Positions 12,338-26,200 of a DNA stretch of 64,000 nucleotides are shown piece after piece. A model generated the notes under the pieces. The model did no database searches. It was not told the origin of the DNA and saw nothing but the letters and a program-made list of their open reading frames with translations. How positions within the stretch are numbered: position 1 is the stretch's first letter; every line of letters starts with the position of its first letter. Both the position numbers and the translations under genes were made by a program. The stretch lies in the NCBI GenBank assembly GCA_002104945.1, contig MCFH01000031.1, forward strand, positions 62,001 to 126,000. The letters are read 5' to 3'. Source of the stretch: Piromyces finnis finn (Eukaryota; Fungi; Neocallimastigomycota).

Positions 12338-15300
12338 CTAGCCAATAACTTCCCATCCTAAATTTTCAGAAATTTTATTGTCTTTCTTCCATTCTTCTGG
12401 AAGAACACCTAATACAGTAGTAGATGACTTTTTATCATTAGTTAAATATTTTTCAACTACTTCATTAACATCCTTACTTGTAACTGATAATAACTTTTCT
12501 CTACGTCTATTTATAATTAATTTATTATCAACAATAATAATTAATAATAATAAATTGTGTAGTGTGTTAGTATATGGAATAAAATTTTAATAAGAATAAT
12601 TTTTTTTTTTTTACTAAACATACGATTGTCTCATGTCATCGGTGATATTGTATTTAAATAAGGAAATACCCTAAAAATATATATAAATAATTATAAGTTA
12701 TAAAATATATCAATCATCAATCTATTTTTGTTATAAATAGATTTTAAACAACAATGGTTTTAATGATATTTATTAAGCTTACTTCAGCAGAAGCATTTCT
12801 TGGAGCATCAATAGATGAGAATAAGGATAACTTGGCTTCTTTAATTTCCTATAAATTTCAATCAATAAAATAATTTTATTAATTATGAAATTATTGATAA
12901 AAATAAATTAAATTTTATAAATTATTACTCTGTCAGTAAACTTTTTGGTTGCTGCCCATTCAACAGACTTTTTGAATACTTCAGAAGAATTTAATGGTTT
13001 TGGATCTCTGTAGGAATAGAAAGAGAAGGTACCATCCAAACCGGAGTAAACAGCACCACCACCATAAGCACCATTCTTTTCTCTAATTTCTGGGTGGAGA
13101 TAATGAGTTGACATTAATTTGGCAGCAACCTTTTTTTTTTTTTTTTTTAAAATAGTAAATATAAATATTAAAAAATTATTAAAATTTACATGAATATACA
13201 AGATTTTATTTTATAAGATATTTATATTATTAAATATATTATATGAATTATCAAACATGATAATAATTAATAAATTTTAATTATATATAAATTAAAGGAA
13301 TATAATTAATTTAATAATAATTACTTGTAACTTAGCACTATCTTCATGAGTGTATGGAACACCAGCAAAACTCTTAGCAGCAAAGTTGATATTAAATGGA
13401 AGAGAAAAGAAGTTCTTTGAATATCTTGGAGTAAAAATTCTCTATTTATATAGTATATATATTTAATTTTAATTTACATTATTATTATTATTATTATTAT
13501 TATTAAAAAAATTAAATATTTATATATGATCAGCATTTATAAAACTTATAAATAAATGTTTCTTTCTTTCTTTTTTTTTTTTTTTTTTTATTATTAATAA
13601 TATTATTATTGATATTTACATCTGGAGCTTCAGCATAATCACCAGCTGGTACTTTAGTTAAGAATGTATTCTTTAAAGCTTTCTTATTTCTATCAACTAA
13701 GTTTGGAGTAGTAATAATGGAAGTTTTTAACATTCTCTTTTCAAGAGTATCCATAAGTAAGGTAGAAATAGCCTTTGTATATAATCATATAATATTCATT
13801 TATTATTAGTATGATTTATGGCTATATATTATATAAAATATGCGGTACTATGAATATTTTTATAATTAAAATTTATTTTGTTTCAAATTACTTTTAATTT
13901 AGCAACAGTTTCATCACAGTTTTCATTAGCAGCAAGTTGATTCATAAAGTAAACTTGGGAAATACCGTGGAAGAATTCATTAATACTCTAGTAATATTTA
14001 TAATATCAAAAAATATGTTGATTGATAAGAGTAAATAAAATATCTATTTCTTTTCTTATTTTTCTTATTTTTGTTTTATTTACTTGTCCTTTTGTTAATG
14101 AAGCATTAGCATGCATCATTGCATAACTGTGGCCAGATTGAGCAAGTGTATTAATTAAACCAGTTGATTCCTTTTTAATATACATATAATTATAATTAAT
14201 TTATTTAATCACTTGAAAATTTTCCAATAAAATCATATTTATTTTCTTTTTTACTTACTCCAATAATTAAGGTCTTTAATTTATCTACATTATTGAAATC
14301 AGTTTCTCTAATAACTTCTTGCATTAAATTATACATTTTTTCAATGTCATTTTGTAAACAAGATGTTTCATAGTAAATACCCTTTTTTTTTTTTTTTTTT
14401 TAAGGTATGAAAAGAAAGGTTAAATATATATATATATGTATATTAGTATTAACTATATTTAATAATGCTTGAAACTGTATAGTATATTCACATTGTTAAA
14501 ATAAATGATAATTTACTTCATAAACTGTAGATAAATCTGTTGGTGAAGTACTGACATGAGCAGAAACACCAATACCATCAGTAATCATTCTAATTTCATG
14601 TTCAAGTTGTTCAAGAGTTTTTGATTTTGTTCCTAAAGCAGTGAGTGCCTATATATATATATATATATTTATTTTATAAAAATATAATTATTAAAATAAA
14701 AATGAATATATATATATATCCAATATTATCAATACTAATATTAATTCGAAGCTAGTTTTAAATGTTATGTATTGTAATGCTTGTAACAAAATGATAAAGA
14801 TAATATTAACCAATTATTGTATCATGAAGATTTTACCTTACAATAAATTGGAAGATATGGTCTTAATTCATCTGGGAAATCTTCAATAATTCTTAAAGCG
14901 CCAAAGTAGGAAATACCGTTGGTAGCGGTCTTACGAACTTGGACTGGACACTTATCAATAATTTCATGTGAAAGATCAATTTTTTTAATATTCTTGGAAA
15001 TATCACTTAATTCAAGTGTTGGTAATACGGAAGCATCTTTATATAAGATCGTTGTTATCAATATTATAATATTATAATATTATTACAATTAATATTGTTT
15101 TTATTTTTGATATTGCTCGATATTAATCTAATATAATGATATTATAATGATATCATATTAAATTATTAAATTAATTCATTACCTTCCTTGATATTTTGGA
15201 ATTCCAAAAGCTCAAGACCTTGTTTATAAATTTTTTCCTTTTCAGCTTTAGTTAATATCTTGCTAAGTTTTTCTAATTTTTGATTTTCCTTATCGGCTAG

Positions 15301-15767
15301 GATTTTGTTATATTCTTCGAATGGTTCCTTAATTATGATAATTAAATATTTATTTTTGTTTGATAATTATTATTATTTTTTAAAATTATTATTATTGAAA
15401 TGAATAATAAATATTATTATAAATGAATCTATTTTCATTGACATATATGTACCATAACAAAGGTAAGTCTATGTTTGTTATTTAAGAAATACTTTTCAAT
15501 ACGCTTTTCAAAGAATCCTGGTTGGGTGTATTCCTTCTTGAATCTATCCAAAATCTGAATGAAATATATATGTATTTTATAAAGTAAAATATTTACAATT
15601 AAATATATTGAATACCAATTTTTAAGAGATTATGATATTAAAATACCTTGTTAACATCAATAGTATCAATTGGATCGGCACCATGAATCCAATTACCAAC
15701 CATAGATTGCATTATATTTAAACCAAATGAAGCTGTTTTCTAAAATTTCAATAAAATAATAATAATG

Positions 15768-15802
<35 letters not shown>

Positions 15803-18609
15803 TATAAAAGAAAAAAGCAAAGATAAAATCATATTAATAGTTAATATTAATTAATTATATATATATAATATAATATATATCTATATTGATTATTGTTTCT
15901 TACATGCTTAAGATTTAATTCTGTTTGATGAAGATAAGCTTCAATTTGTTTTTTGTCAAATCCTTTCTTTGAACATTCCTTAAATACATCCATAATAGTT
16001 TGTTCAACCATATCAACATCTTCAGATTTAATTCCTTGTAAACCAACAGAGAAAGTAGCCATTCTATCCATAATAATTTTTGTTATAAATTATAATTATT
16101 TTTAATATAATTATTTTATTTAATAAATATAATTTCTACATTTAGAAAATTTCATATACCTAGCATTATCATCATATCCAGTACCAGCAGAATAGTCAGA
16201 ACCAATGTTAGATTCAATTAAAGCTTTGTGCATTGGATATGATTCACCAGATAAAAGTAAATGAGATAAAACTTGCATAACGAATGATTCATAAAGATCC
16301 TATAATAATTATTTCATTAAATAATCACAAATTAAAGTTTAATATTATATAGTATTAAAAGTTTATATATATATATATAATATTTTATTAAAAAAAACCT
16401 AGATAAATAGACTTGATAACATACATTGCCATCATTGATTAAGAAAGAAACACACATTTTAGTTTGTTTTTCTGGCTTTCCCACTAATTTAAATTTTAAT
16501 AAAATGATAAAAAATTGTATATATATAATTATTAACTTTTAACTAAACTTTTTAATTTAAAAAATACTTTTTTTTTTTTTTTTTATATTTACTTGGATCT
16601 GGTGGACACATCATATGGACTTTTCTTGGTGAATTCCATGGTTTAACATTATCAATTTTATCAACCTTAATTGGTTCGTATTTAGAAATGTAATTGTCAA
16701 TGAATTTTAAATGCTTATCAATTGGGAAATTACCTTTTTTTTTTTTTTTTTTTAAGATTATTTCGATTAAATATTGATTGTTAATATATAAAAATTGTTA
16801 TTGTTATTCTATTTTAAGAAATTTGAAATAAAACGAAATAAAACTAATAATAATTGTAATATAAATAGAAAAAATATACCATATGTAAAAATCTTTGAGT
16901 TACTTGGATGATAATGCTTTTTATGGAATTTTTTTAATTCATCATATGTTAATTCAACAATATATTCTGGATCACCACCACTAACAGTAGCATATGTTGT
17001 ACCTGGGTGAATTTGTTGTTGAAGTCTTGTAGAAAAAAGTCTACCTTGATCAGACTTTCATATATATAGATATTTAATGCATTTTCTTTTTTAATATTAT
17101 AATTGTTATGATAATAATATTTTTCTATATCACTTACTAAAGATCCTTTCATTTCATTATATACGACACCTTTAAATTGATATGGGGAATTTTTATCTTT
17201 GATATTTAATGGTATAAAATCATATTATTAATAGGTTAACATAATTATATATGAAAGTTCTAATTTTTATAATGATATGTATTTAATAAACCTTTTGGGT
17301 CAGTGTGTTCAACTCTCCAACCTTCTTGTCTTTTTAATTTTTTAATTATATAAAAAAAGAGTTCAAAGATTAATAATATGTATATTTAACTTTAATATTC
17401 TATATTTGAGATAATTAGTTTATTTAATAGCCATTAAAAAATATTGGATTTTTACTTGAAATCTAATTCTCTTAATAAAGGATTGAAAGTGGCGTCGAGG
17501 TACACATCCATTAAATTATAATAATCTTTTTCATTTTCAGTTGAAAAAGGATAAAATGTACAGTCACTAGCTATTATAAAACAAAATAGATTGAAATTGG
17601 TAAAAAATATTTGGATTTAAAAAGATTTTGTAATTTGAAATTTAAAAATTCATTTAAAAATAAAACAATATATTATGTTATTTTAAATACCTGTAAAAGC
17701 GTTCATGAAAGTAGCTAAAGTTCTATTTAACATTTTAAAAAATGGATCTCTTACTGGGTATTTCTTACTACCACATAAAGAGGTATGCTCAAGAATATGT
17801 GTTACCCCAGTACTATCTTTTCCTGCGGTTTGAAAAGCAATACTTTATATTATAAAATAAAAAATAATTTAAAGTAATTATTTAAACAAAATATTCATTA
17901 AATGACAGCAATTATAAATAATTTTAATTCAATTGCAAAAGTACATTTAAATTTTAAATATAATTAATTAAATACATATATTTAACATTATAAATTTATT
18001 ATATACCTGAAAACATTGTTACTATCATCATTAGCAATATGAATATATTGTGCTCCAGTTTTAACATGATTTAATTGAAGAGCTACTAAATCAAATTCTT
18101 TAATTGGCTTAACCTAATAAAACAAAACAAAACAAAACAAATAAATTAAACATATATATAGTATTTATTAAGTATTTATTAAATTATATTTTTAATGTAG
18201 TGGAAAATACATTTAAATATTTAGATTGCTAAAGTAATATAATATATAAATTTTTGATATAATTTTATTATAATTATAAAAATATTAAATACCTTTTTAA
18301 CTTCAAAACCATTTATCTTTTCACCGACTTTATATTTTTTAATATTATTTAATACTTTTTTTTTTTTTTTTTTTTTTTTATTATGACATTATGATAAACG
18401 AATTTTAAATGATAAATTACAATTAAAATTTATCAGTTTTTAATATTTAATATAATCTATAATAATAATAATGGAAAAAAGATAAATAATATATATTGTT
18501 TAAATTAAGAAAAATATAAACCTTTATCTGAAAGGTTTCTTCTTGCACAGTCTAAGGTATACTTATTTAATAAGGGAGATTTCCTCTTTAATACATTAAT
18601 AATATTCAT
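12338..18609 (-). CDS. CYM1: Presequence protease (pitrilysin family M16C, PreP/Cym1/PITRM1), about 27 exons
   Basis: Exon ~17692-17847 reads [41 protein letters not shown] (inverted zinc motif HxxEH). Also [12 protein letters not shown] (ORF 12908-13201) and [13 protein letters not shown]-terminus [23 protein letters not shown]. The first exon (start, [10 protein letters not shown]...ARRNLS) is less certain. Confidence 0.95.
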
Positions 18610-18903
18610 TATGGAATCTTCATATTATATTAAAAATATGAACAAATAGAAAAAATACATTGTTAATATATTTTAAGAATCGTTAATGTTAAAAATTATT
18701 TTTTTTTAAAAAAAGTATAAATTTATTAAATCAAAAGGTTTTATTCTATTATTAAATAAATAGTATAAAACTTATTATTATAATTCCATTTTGATAAAAA
18801 TCTAGCATACATTTTGAAATATTTTCTTTTGTTTAATAAAAGTGTGTAATTAATATTTTAAAAAAATTGAATAATTTAAAATTTTCATTTTTTTGATATT
18901 ATT

Positions 18904-18912
18904 AACCAATCA
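18904..18912 (+). promoter_or_regulatory. CCAAT box about 300 bp upstream of CYM1
   Basis: AACCAATCA. Confidence 0.45.
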
Positions 18913-19306
18913 TATATATAATACTGTTTTTAAACATTTTATTTTAAACTTTGAATTTTAATATTTAATTATTAGTAAATTAAACATTGAGTTTAAAAGA
19001 TTATTCTTTTAAAGATAAAAATTAAAAAAAATTTTTATCTTTTATAATTAATTAGTGTATAATAGAAAAAAAAAAAAAAAAAAAAAAAAAAAGAAGTTAA
19101 TAATAAAATTAAATATAAAATTAATAAATAATTAAAAGTTTTATGTTAATAAAATTTAAATGTAGAAATATATTTACATTATATAATATAAATTAATACT
19201 TATTTTTTTGACTATATTTCTTATTTATTTTTTAAATAATCAAGCTATCAAAGTTTTTATGATATTATCATAAATAAAGTTGTAGGTGAGGGTATAAATC
19301 GTTCAT

Positions 19307-19310
<4 letters not shown>

Positions 19311-19358
<48 letters not shown>

Positions 19359-19890
19359 TTCCGAGTGCATTTCTCCCATCGATCAGAGTTAGCTCCAATG
19401 GTGGTTCTTAGAGAAACGTTGGCTCATTCCTATTGCTAGGTGGTTGTGACCCTCCTGGTCTGTCATACTGTTTCTTCAGCTTCGACGCTCACTTAATCCA
19501 TGTACATTAGATGCATGTCGTTGTACGATATTTCACAACTACAATGCTAAGCCTCTTATAGTCAATTTGATCACGTGTCAACCGCCCCCTAATGTTTACA
19601 CTTAAATTGATTAAGGAATATTATGTGTTTTTGGCATAGCCTAAGTCACCACTTATTAAGTTCTAATTTGGAATGTACCATGTACACTAGACCCTCTCAG
19701 GCCGGCTAGACGAGTGTTATTATCATAGTAGTAAATTAGAAAGTTCATTTATACTTACCTGAATATCATAACCCAACCCATGGCAAACCCAGTGGGAAAA
19801 TCCACAGGCACTGACATCTGCGGGGTCGAACCAGAAGCCTTATATATGCTAAGGAAACGCCTTAACAACCAGAATAAAAACTGGAACGAC
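19311..19890 (-). mobile_element. Candidate tRNA-derived SINE (about 536 nt + A44 tail) with 12-bp TSD
   Basis: TCGTTCATTATT at 19299-19310 and 19891-19902 flanks a GC-enriched body plus a T44 run. The 5' head carries B-box GGTTCGACCCC (19822-19832) and two hairpins. The 3' core 19448-19490 matches LINE 40280-40322 at 37/43 nt. Confidence 0.8.
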
Positions 19891-22800
19891 TCGTTCATTA
19901 TTAAATCCCTATATAATAAAGATCTATAAAAAAAAAAAATGGACCGAAATATTTTTTTTAATAAATAATATAAAATAAAGTTAAAATAAATTAAGTTAAA
20001 GATCATTGTCTAAATGGAGATAATATAATTATTTATTATTGAAATTTTGGAATATATTAAAATTTATATAATCTTAACATGATATTATATGCTTAGCGAA
20101 TAGTATTAAAAAAAAAAAAAGACCGGTTATTATATATTTTGGTTGTAGTAACTAAAGAAATAATATATAATGACTATTAACTATATATAAATATTTAATA
20201 TGTAATTTCCAAAATTTAGAATCGAATGTAAAAAGTTAAAGAGATTTTCTGATAATAATGCATTTGCTTCATGAAAACAATGAAAGCTTTCAAAATTATC
20301 AAAATAAAAATATAATATATATTAAAAATAGGATGAATGGATTATTATCAAAATTGTATTGTAATGAAACAGTTAATATTAATAATTGCTGTATTATTAA
20401 TAATGTATAACAGTTTCTTTAAAATTTTATTATTAAAAGTTTTTAATATATATTAAGACATACCATTCTACTAAATAGGAAACATTTAGTTAGTGTAATA
20501 TAAAAGTTGAATATAGTTAATTATATATCTTTTTGCTTAATATTTAAAAAAAAATTAATACTTTTCTTTTTTTTTTTTTGATATTTACTTCTTTTTTTTT
20601 TTATCTTATTATTTATATTAAAAATATAGTTTAAATTTTTTTTCCCCCTTATTTTAAATTAATGTTAAGCAGAAAGATATATTATAAATACGTTTTTTAA
20701 GATATTTTTATTATTGTTTTATTTATTTATTTTTAGCAAAACTCTAGGTTGGTTAAAAACTATGTAAACTATATAACTTAATTGTTTTTATATGAAGTAA
20801 GATTTTAATATATGTTAATAAAAAAAAACATCGGAGTATAATATTTTTATTCCAAAAATATGAGAATTATTAAACAATTGAAATTTCAGTTCATACGTTC
20901 ATTTAATTTATTTGTTAATATATTTTAATGAAAGAAAAAAAATAAGGTTCAATAATATTCATTATGAATTTTTAAATATATGATATACAATTTTTAAAAC
21001 ATAAAAAACATTTAAAAAAAAAATATAAAAGTTATATAGTAAAAATTTAAAATGTAATTATATAGTTCTTCAATATTTATTACTATTATTTATATATTTC
21101 TATATGTAATAATTATTATGACAACTATTATTATATTAACTATTATATTAACAAGCATTTCGTAATTTTAATTCAAAATACTAAAAAAAGTATAAAATAA
21201 TGTCTTTTATAAATCAATCATTAAATATAATATTAATTTAATAACAAAATTATAAATAAATTTATTTGATACTGAGTAATTAAGATTTTTATTTGTAACA
21301 ATTGTTAAGTTCAATATTATAATTTTTTAATAATTTAACTTTATTATTATAACTAAAATAATCTTAATTATTATTAAACTTTCATATATAATTTTTATTA
21401 TGAAAGAGAAATATTTTAATAAAGAAATTAATATTTATATTGTATATAGCTTTAAAGATTATAACAAACAAACTATATAATAAACTTTATAGAAAAGAAT
21501 TGGATATTTTTTTTTTTTCAATTATTATCATATATATTAAAATAATTATATTTAAAGAAGAAAAGAAATAAAGAGAATCATCATTATTTTATAAAGAATT
21601 CTATTTTTTGTATTCTAAGCAATACATAATTTTTATTAATTTTATTAATATATCTCTAATTATTGTAATAATATTGTCATATATGATTAATATTTTTACA
21701 AAAGTCCAAAAAAAAAACTTTTAAAGGAAAAATCTAATTAATTATTTAATATTAAATAAATTAATTGTTAAACATAAAAAAAAAAATATAAAATAAAATT
21801 ATTAAACTGCTGGGTGATATTTTAGATCAAATACTATTTACTGTATTTAATATTTAATATCAACTTTTTTTAATTAATATAAATTTAATATAAAAAATAC
21901 TTTATTTAGAATGATTTGCAAGATTAAAGAAATTTTTTAATTCATATATTTGAAACTACGGAAAAATTTTTTTAAAAGTTTCATAAATAAAAAAATATGA
22001 AACTTTATTTTATTTATTTCCTCTAATTATTAGATGTCCATATAGTAATTCGTAATTCAATACAAAAAACTCCTATTTTTTGCTCCTTAAATAACAAATA
22101 GTAACTAACAATAATTAATGATACGTATAATAATTATATGATCTTTAAATATAATAGAGTTGTATTTTAGTTTAGTTATTATAACTCTCAAATTATGATA
22201 TCAAATTACATTCGTTTTGTTATGATCTATATAATTCTTATTAAGTATTATAATTTACTAAAATATAAATATCATGCTTATTTAATATTGTTTTTTAAAA
22301 TATCCTCTAATAGTAAAAAAGAATTGGAATATCATTCATATAGGTTATTTATTAAGGATTATTATTAGTAGTTTATTTATCTTTTATATCTATTCCTTCA
22401 ATTAGAAATATCAAAATTAATTAACTTTATTGAGTTGTAAAAACAAATTATTGTAATTATCATAATTTATATATATAGTAAATATGACAGAAATAAAGTA
22501 ATGACAATTACAAACCTTATTTACATTATAATTAATTTATGAATAGAATATTTATGAATTTCTATGATATATTTTCATTAAAGCAAAATCTAAATTTTAA
22601 AAAATAAATATTTTATGAAAATATATTATAAATAAGTATATTTTAGTAATTATTAAGGTCCATAATATAAAAAAATACAGTTATAATTATTAAAATAATG
22701 TTTTTTTTGGTTTTAACTATTAATCATTAATATTAAATAGAAGTATTATTTTATTTAAATTAGAAATTTAAAGAAGATTATTGATAAAAAATAATCATTA

Positions 22801-23179
22801 ATGAGCATCGTTATTTTTAAAAGCATTTTTTATTATTATCAACTTTATAAAGTTGTATTATTTAACTTAGTAAAGTAGATCAATAATATAAAAATTAATT
22901 TATTCTGAATTACTTTTTTTAAAAAAGTGTAAAGATGATTAAAGTATATGTAATAAAGTTCGACTAGAAATCTTAATTATTATTATTTAAATTAAATTTA
23001 TCTTCAATGTATTTTCTATTTAACTTTATTTAATATAACAATATATTAATATTTAAATTATATATTTTATTTTTTTTTAGTTTATATTTATGAAACATGT
23101 AAAAATTATTTTAACTTTAAAAAATATAGATTTAAAAAAAAAGAAATGGAATTAATTCTTTTTTTTTTAAATAAATTTA

Positions 23180-23290
<111 letters not shown>

Positions 23291-26200
23291 GAAATTTGTA
23301 AAAAAAAATCTGTACATAAATGTCTTCATATTTCCAATTTTAGTATTTAATTATTAACCCAACATAAAATTAGGAAATATATTAATAAAGTGATATCTAT
23401 TACCAAGAAATTTTATTGTGAAAGTTTTTTTATTGCATTCTATTTTATATTCAATGTATTATCTTTCTGATAATATTTTATAATGTGTTGATGATCTTTT
23501 TTTTTTTTTTTTTTTTTTAACCTACATTTCAAAAGACAATGAAAATTTTTAAGCTATTGTATTTAGTAAAGATTTATAAAATACTTTAACTATAAATCTA
23601 AATATTAGATCTAAACTAGTTTTAATATATATTTTTATTAATATAAAAATATAATAATAATAAAATAATGTTTTAATAAATAACTTTTTTGGAAAAACAA
23701 TTATTTATGGAAAAATACCTTTTATAGTTATTTATTATTTGTATAATAAGAATTGACATTTTTATTCAAAATAAAATTAAAAATTTAAACAATTTATAGT
23801 TTACAATTATTTAAAAGTCTTTAATCTTTTAATTTTTTTTTTACTTTTATGCTTATTTTATAAGAGTATTATCACATACTAACTTTAAATATAATAAGAT
23901 TTAATTTTTATTAAAACGCTCACTGGGTTAAAAATCTTTTTATTTAGTATATTTAGTAGTTTTAATAATTATTATCATATAAAAGGATCACTAAACAATC
24001 AAATTAGAAATTATTTATTTATTATATTTAATGATTAATATATATTATTTTGTGGTAGGCATTTTACGAAATAAAAAAGCCATATATATAATATATTAAG
24101 ATGATAATATTAAATATTTATAAAATAACATTTTATATAAATACAATGTCAATCTAATTATTTAAGAATTCTAATAAGAATACTATATATAGAAATTAAA
24201 TTTAGAAATATTGACATTATTTTTTTTTTATATATGAAATAATAATTATACTTTATACTTGATTATAAATATGATTTATCCTTTATAAAAAAATAAAAAT
24301 AAAATATAATTTCTATGGAAAAAAGGAATAATAATAATATATATAATTATTTGATAGAAAATTAAATGATTTATTAAATTTTAAAAATTGAAATTTCATT
24401 AGTGCAAATTAATATATATAAAAAAAAATTTGTATTAAAAATAAAATTAGTATTTTAACTATTGTAATAAATTTATGTATTAGAGCATATTAGAGGAAAA
24501 AAGGAACAATGATAATCATTTAATATGATGAAATACTAATAAATTAGTATGGAGCTATACCAAATAAAATGATATATTTTTAATTAATTAGTATAATATA
24601 TTATAAATAAAGTTTATTAATACCTCAATTTCATTTTTTATTTTAATTTTAATTTACGGTTAATAATTATGATATGAAACTTTAAAAATTCATTATTTCC
24701 ATTAAATTATTAAATTATTGATCATGATTATTTTTTTTTCTAATATAAAAAAAATTCCCTAATAACTAAACTTTTTGGTAATACATATGGTTTTTCTTTT
24801 CGTTAAATAATTAAAAACAATATTAAATAAAGTTTATATATATTTTTAATTTATATAATTATCCATTTGAACTATAAAAGAGAATGTATATGTTTTAGCA
24901 ATATAACATTAATAAAGGATACAATTAAAATAGAATATTTTGTATAATCTTTTATTATAAAGATATCATGAACTTATTAAAGCAATAAAAACAACTGTAT
25001 TATTTTTAAAATTTTTATTGCTTTCAAAAAATTCTTAAACGTAATTTTGTTTTATTATAAAAAACTACAATTATTTTTATAATCAGTAGAATTTATTAAT
25101 ATAAAAATTATATTTATTTTTATGATCAGGAAATTAAAAATATTTATGTTAAATGGACTTTTCCTAAAATGGAAACCTTGTATAAAATTAATATTAAATT
25201 TAATTATATATATTTTTATATATCCAATTCTTTTTCCATTAGTTGCATTATTTTCTTGTCTAAATTTTTCATAATTTATCATAATTGATACTAATAAGAA
25301 ATCATAATTTTTAATAATATTAAATATTATCCTAATTCAACAATTCGTTATAAAAAACATTATACTTTTTATATGTATATATTTTTGAATCTACCAAGTC
25401 TATTTACTAAGATTTTTTATGCTTTTAATATTAGAAATAATATTATTAAAATGCAAATAATAAAAATAAAAATTTTTTTTTAAAAGATGAAAAGATGGAT
25501 TTATGATATTTTAGTAATAAATAAAGTTATTGTAAGATAATTTTTTATTAATTAATAATAACAATAATATTTATATATATGTTACACAACTAATATTCTT
25601 ATATATATTATTTAAATGAAGATATATAAATTTTGTATTAAAATATTATATATGACCAATATATATATAATATTTAGTTTTTACATATGATAATGATTTA
25701 TTTTTTTTGATAATTAAATAATTATTAACTGTTATTGTGGGAAGAAAAGTTTATTAAAAACAATTTTTATACGATTGTTATAAATTAAAAAAAAATTAAT
25801 TAGTAAATCATAATTTGTAATACGTCATTTTGTTTATGAACTATATATTACATATTTATATTTGTACTCATTTTTTTAGTATTATAAAAAATTAATTGAA
25901 CAAATAAAATTTGTTCATGATATATCTCACATCAAAGGGTTAATAATAATTAAACTTTGATTATTAGTGTAAAAAAAAAGGTAATCCTAAGATTATTATT
26001 AATACAATTAAATATACAAAAATTCTACTACAATTTAAAATATTTTATGTTATAAAATAAAATATCACTCCTGCTTTTATGAATTACTTATATTAAAAAC
26101 ATACCAAAATAATGAATAAATATATGTCTTATTTTGTATATAAGTATATATCGATTTTCTAGTTTTATTATTACTATTTTTTTATAAATATCAAATTTTA

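Noticed and set aside
19441-19490. CTGAAGA (hammerhead CUGANGA) and CCTCCT (HDV L3-like) in the shared core
   Set aside because: No correctly placed GAAA with stems II/III, and no P1/P2/P1.1 pairing for an HDV fold could be built by eye.
19751-19761. ATACTTACCTG, identical to the 5' end of U1 snRNA
   Set aside because: No U1-70K loop (GATCACGAAG), U1A loop (ATTGCAC) or Sm site follows. It lies inside the SINE and reads as a CAG|GTAAGT donor-like sequence on the other strand.
19755-20006. 83-aa minus-strand ORF
   Set aside because: Runs through the SINE head and out across the TSD into AT-rich flank; incidental.
23498-23560. T-run followed by AACC, like the GTT(A)n ends of the retroposons
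   Set aside because: No flanking TSD and no GC-rich body found.
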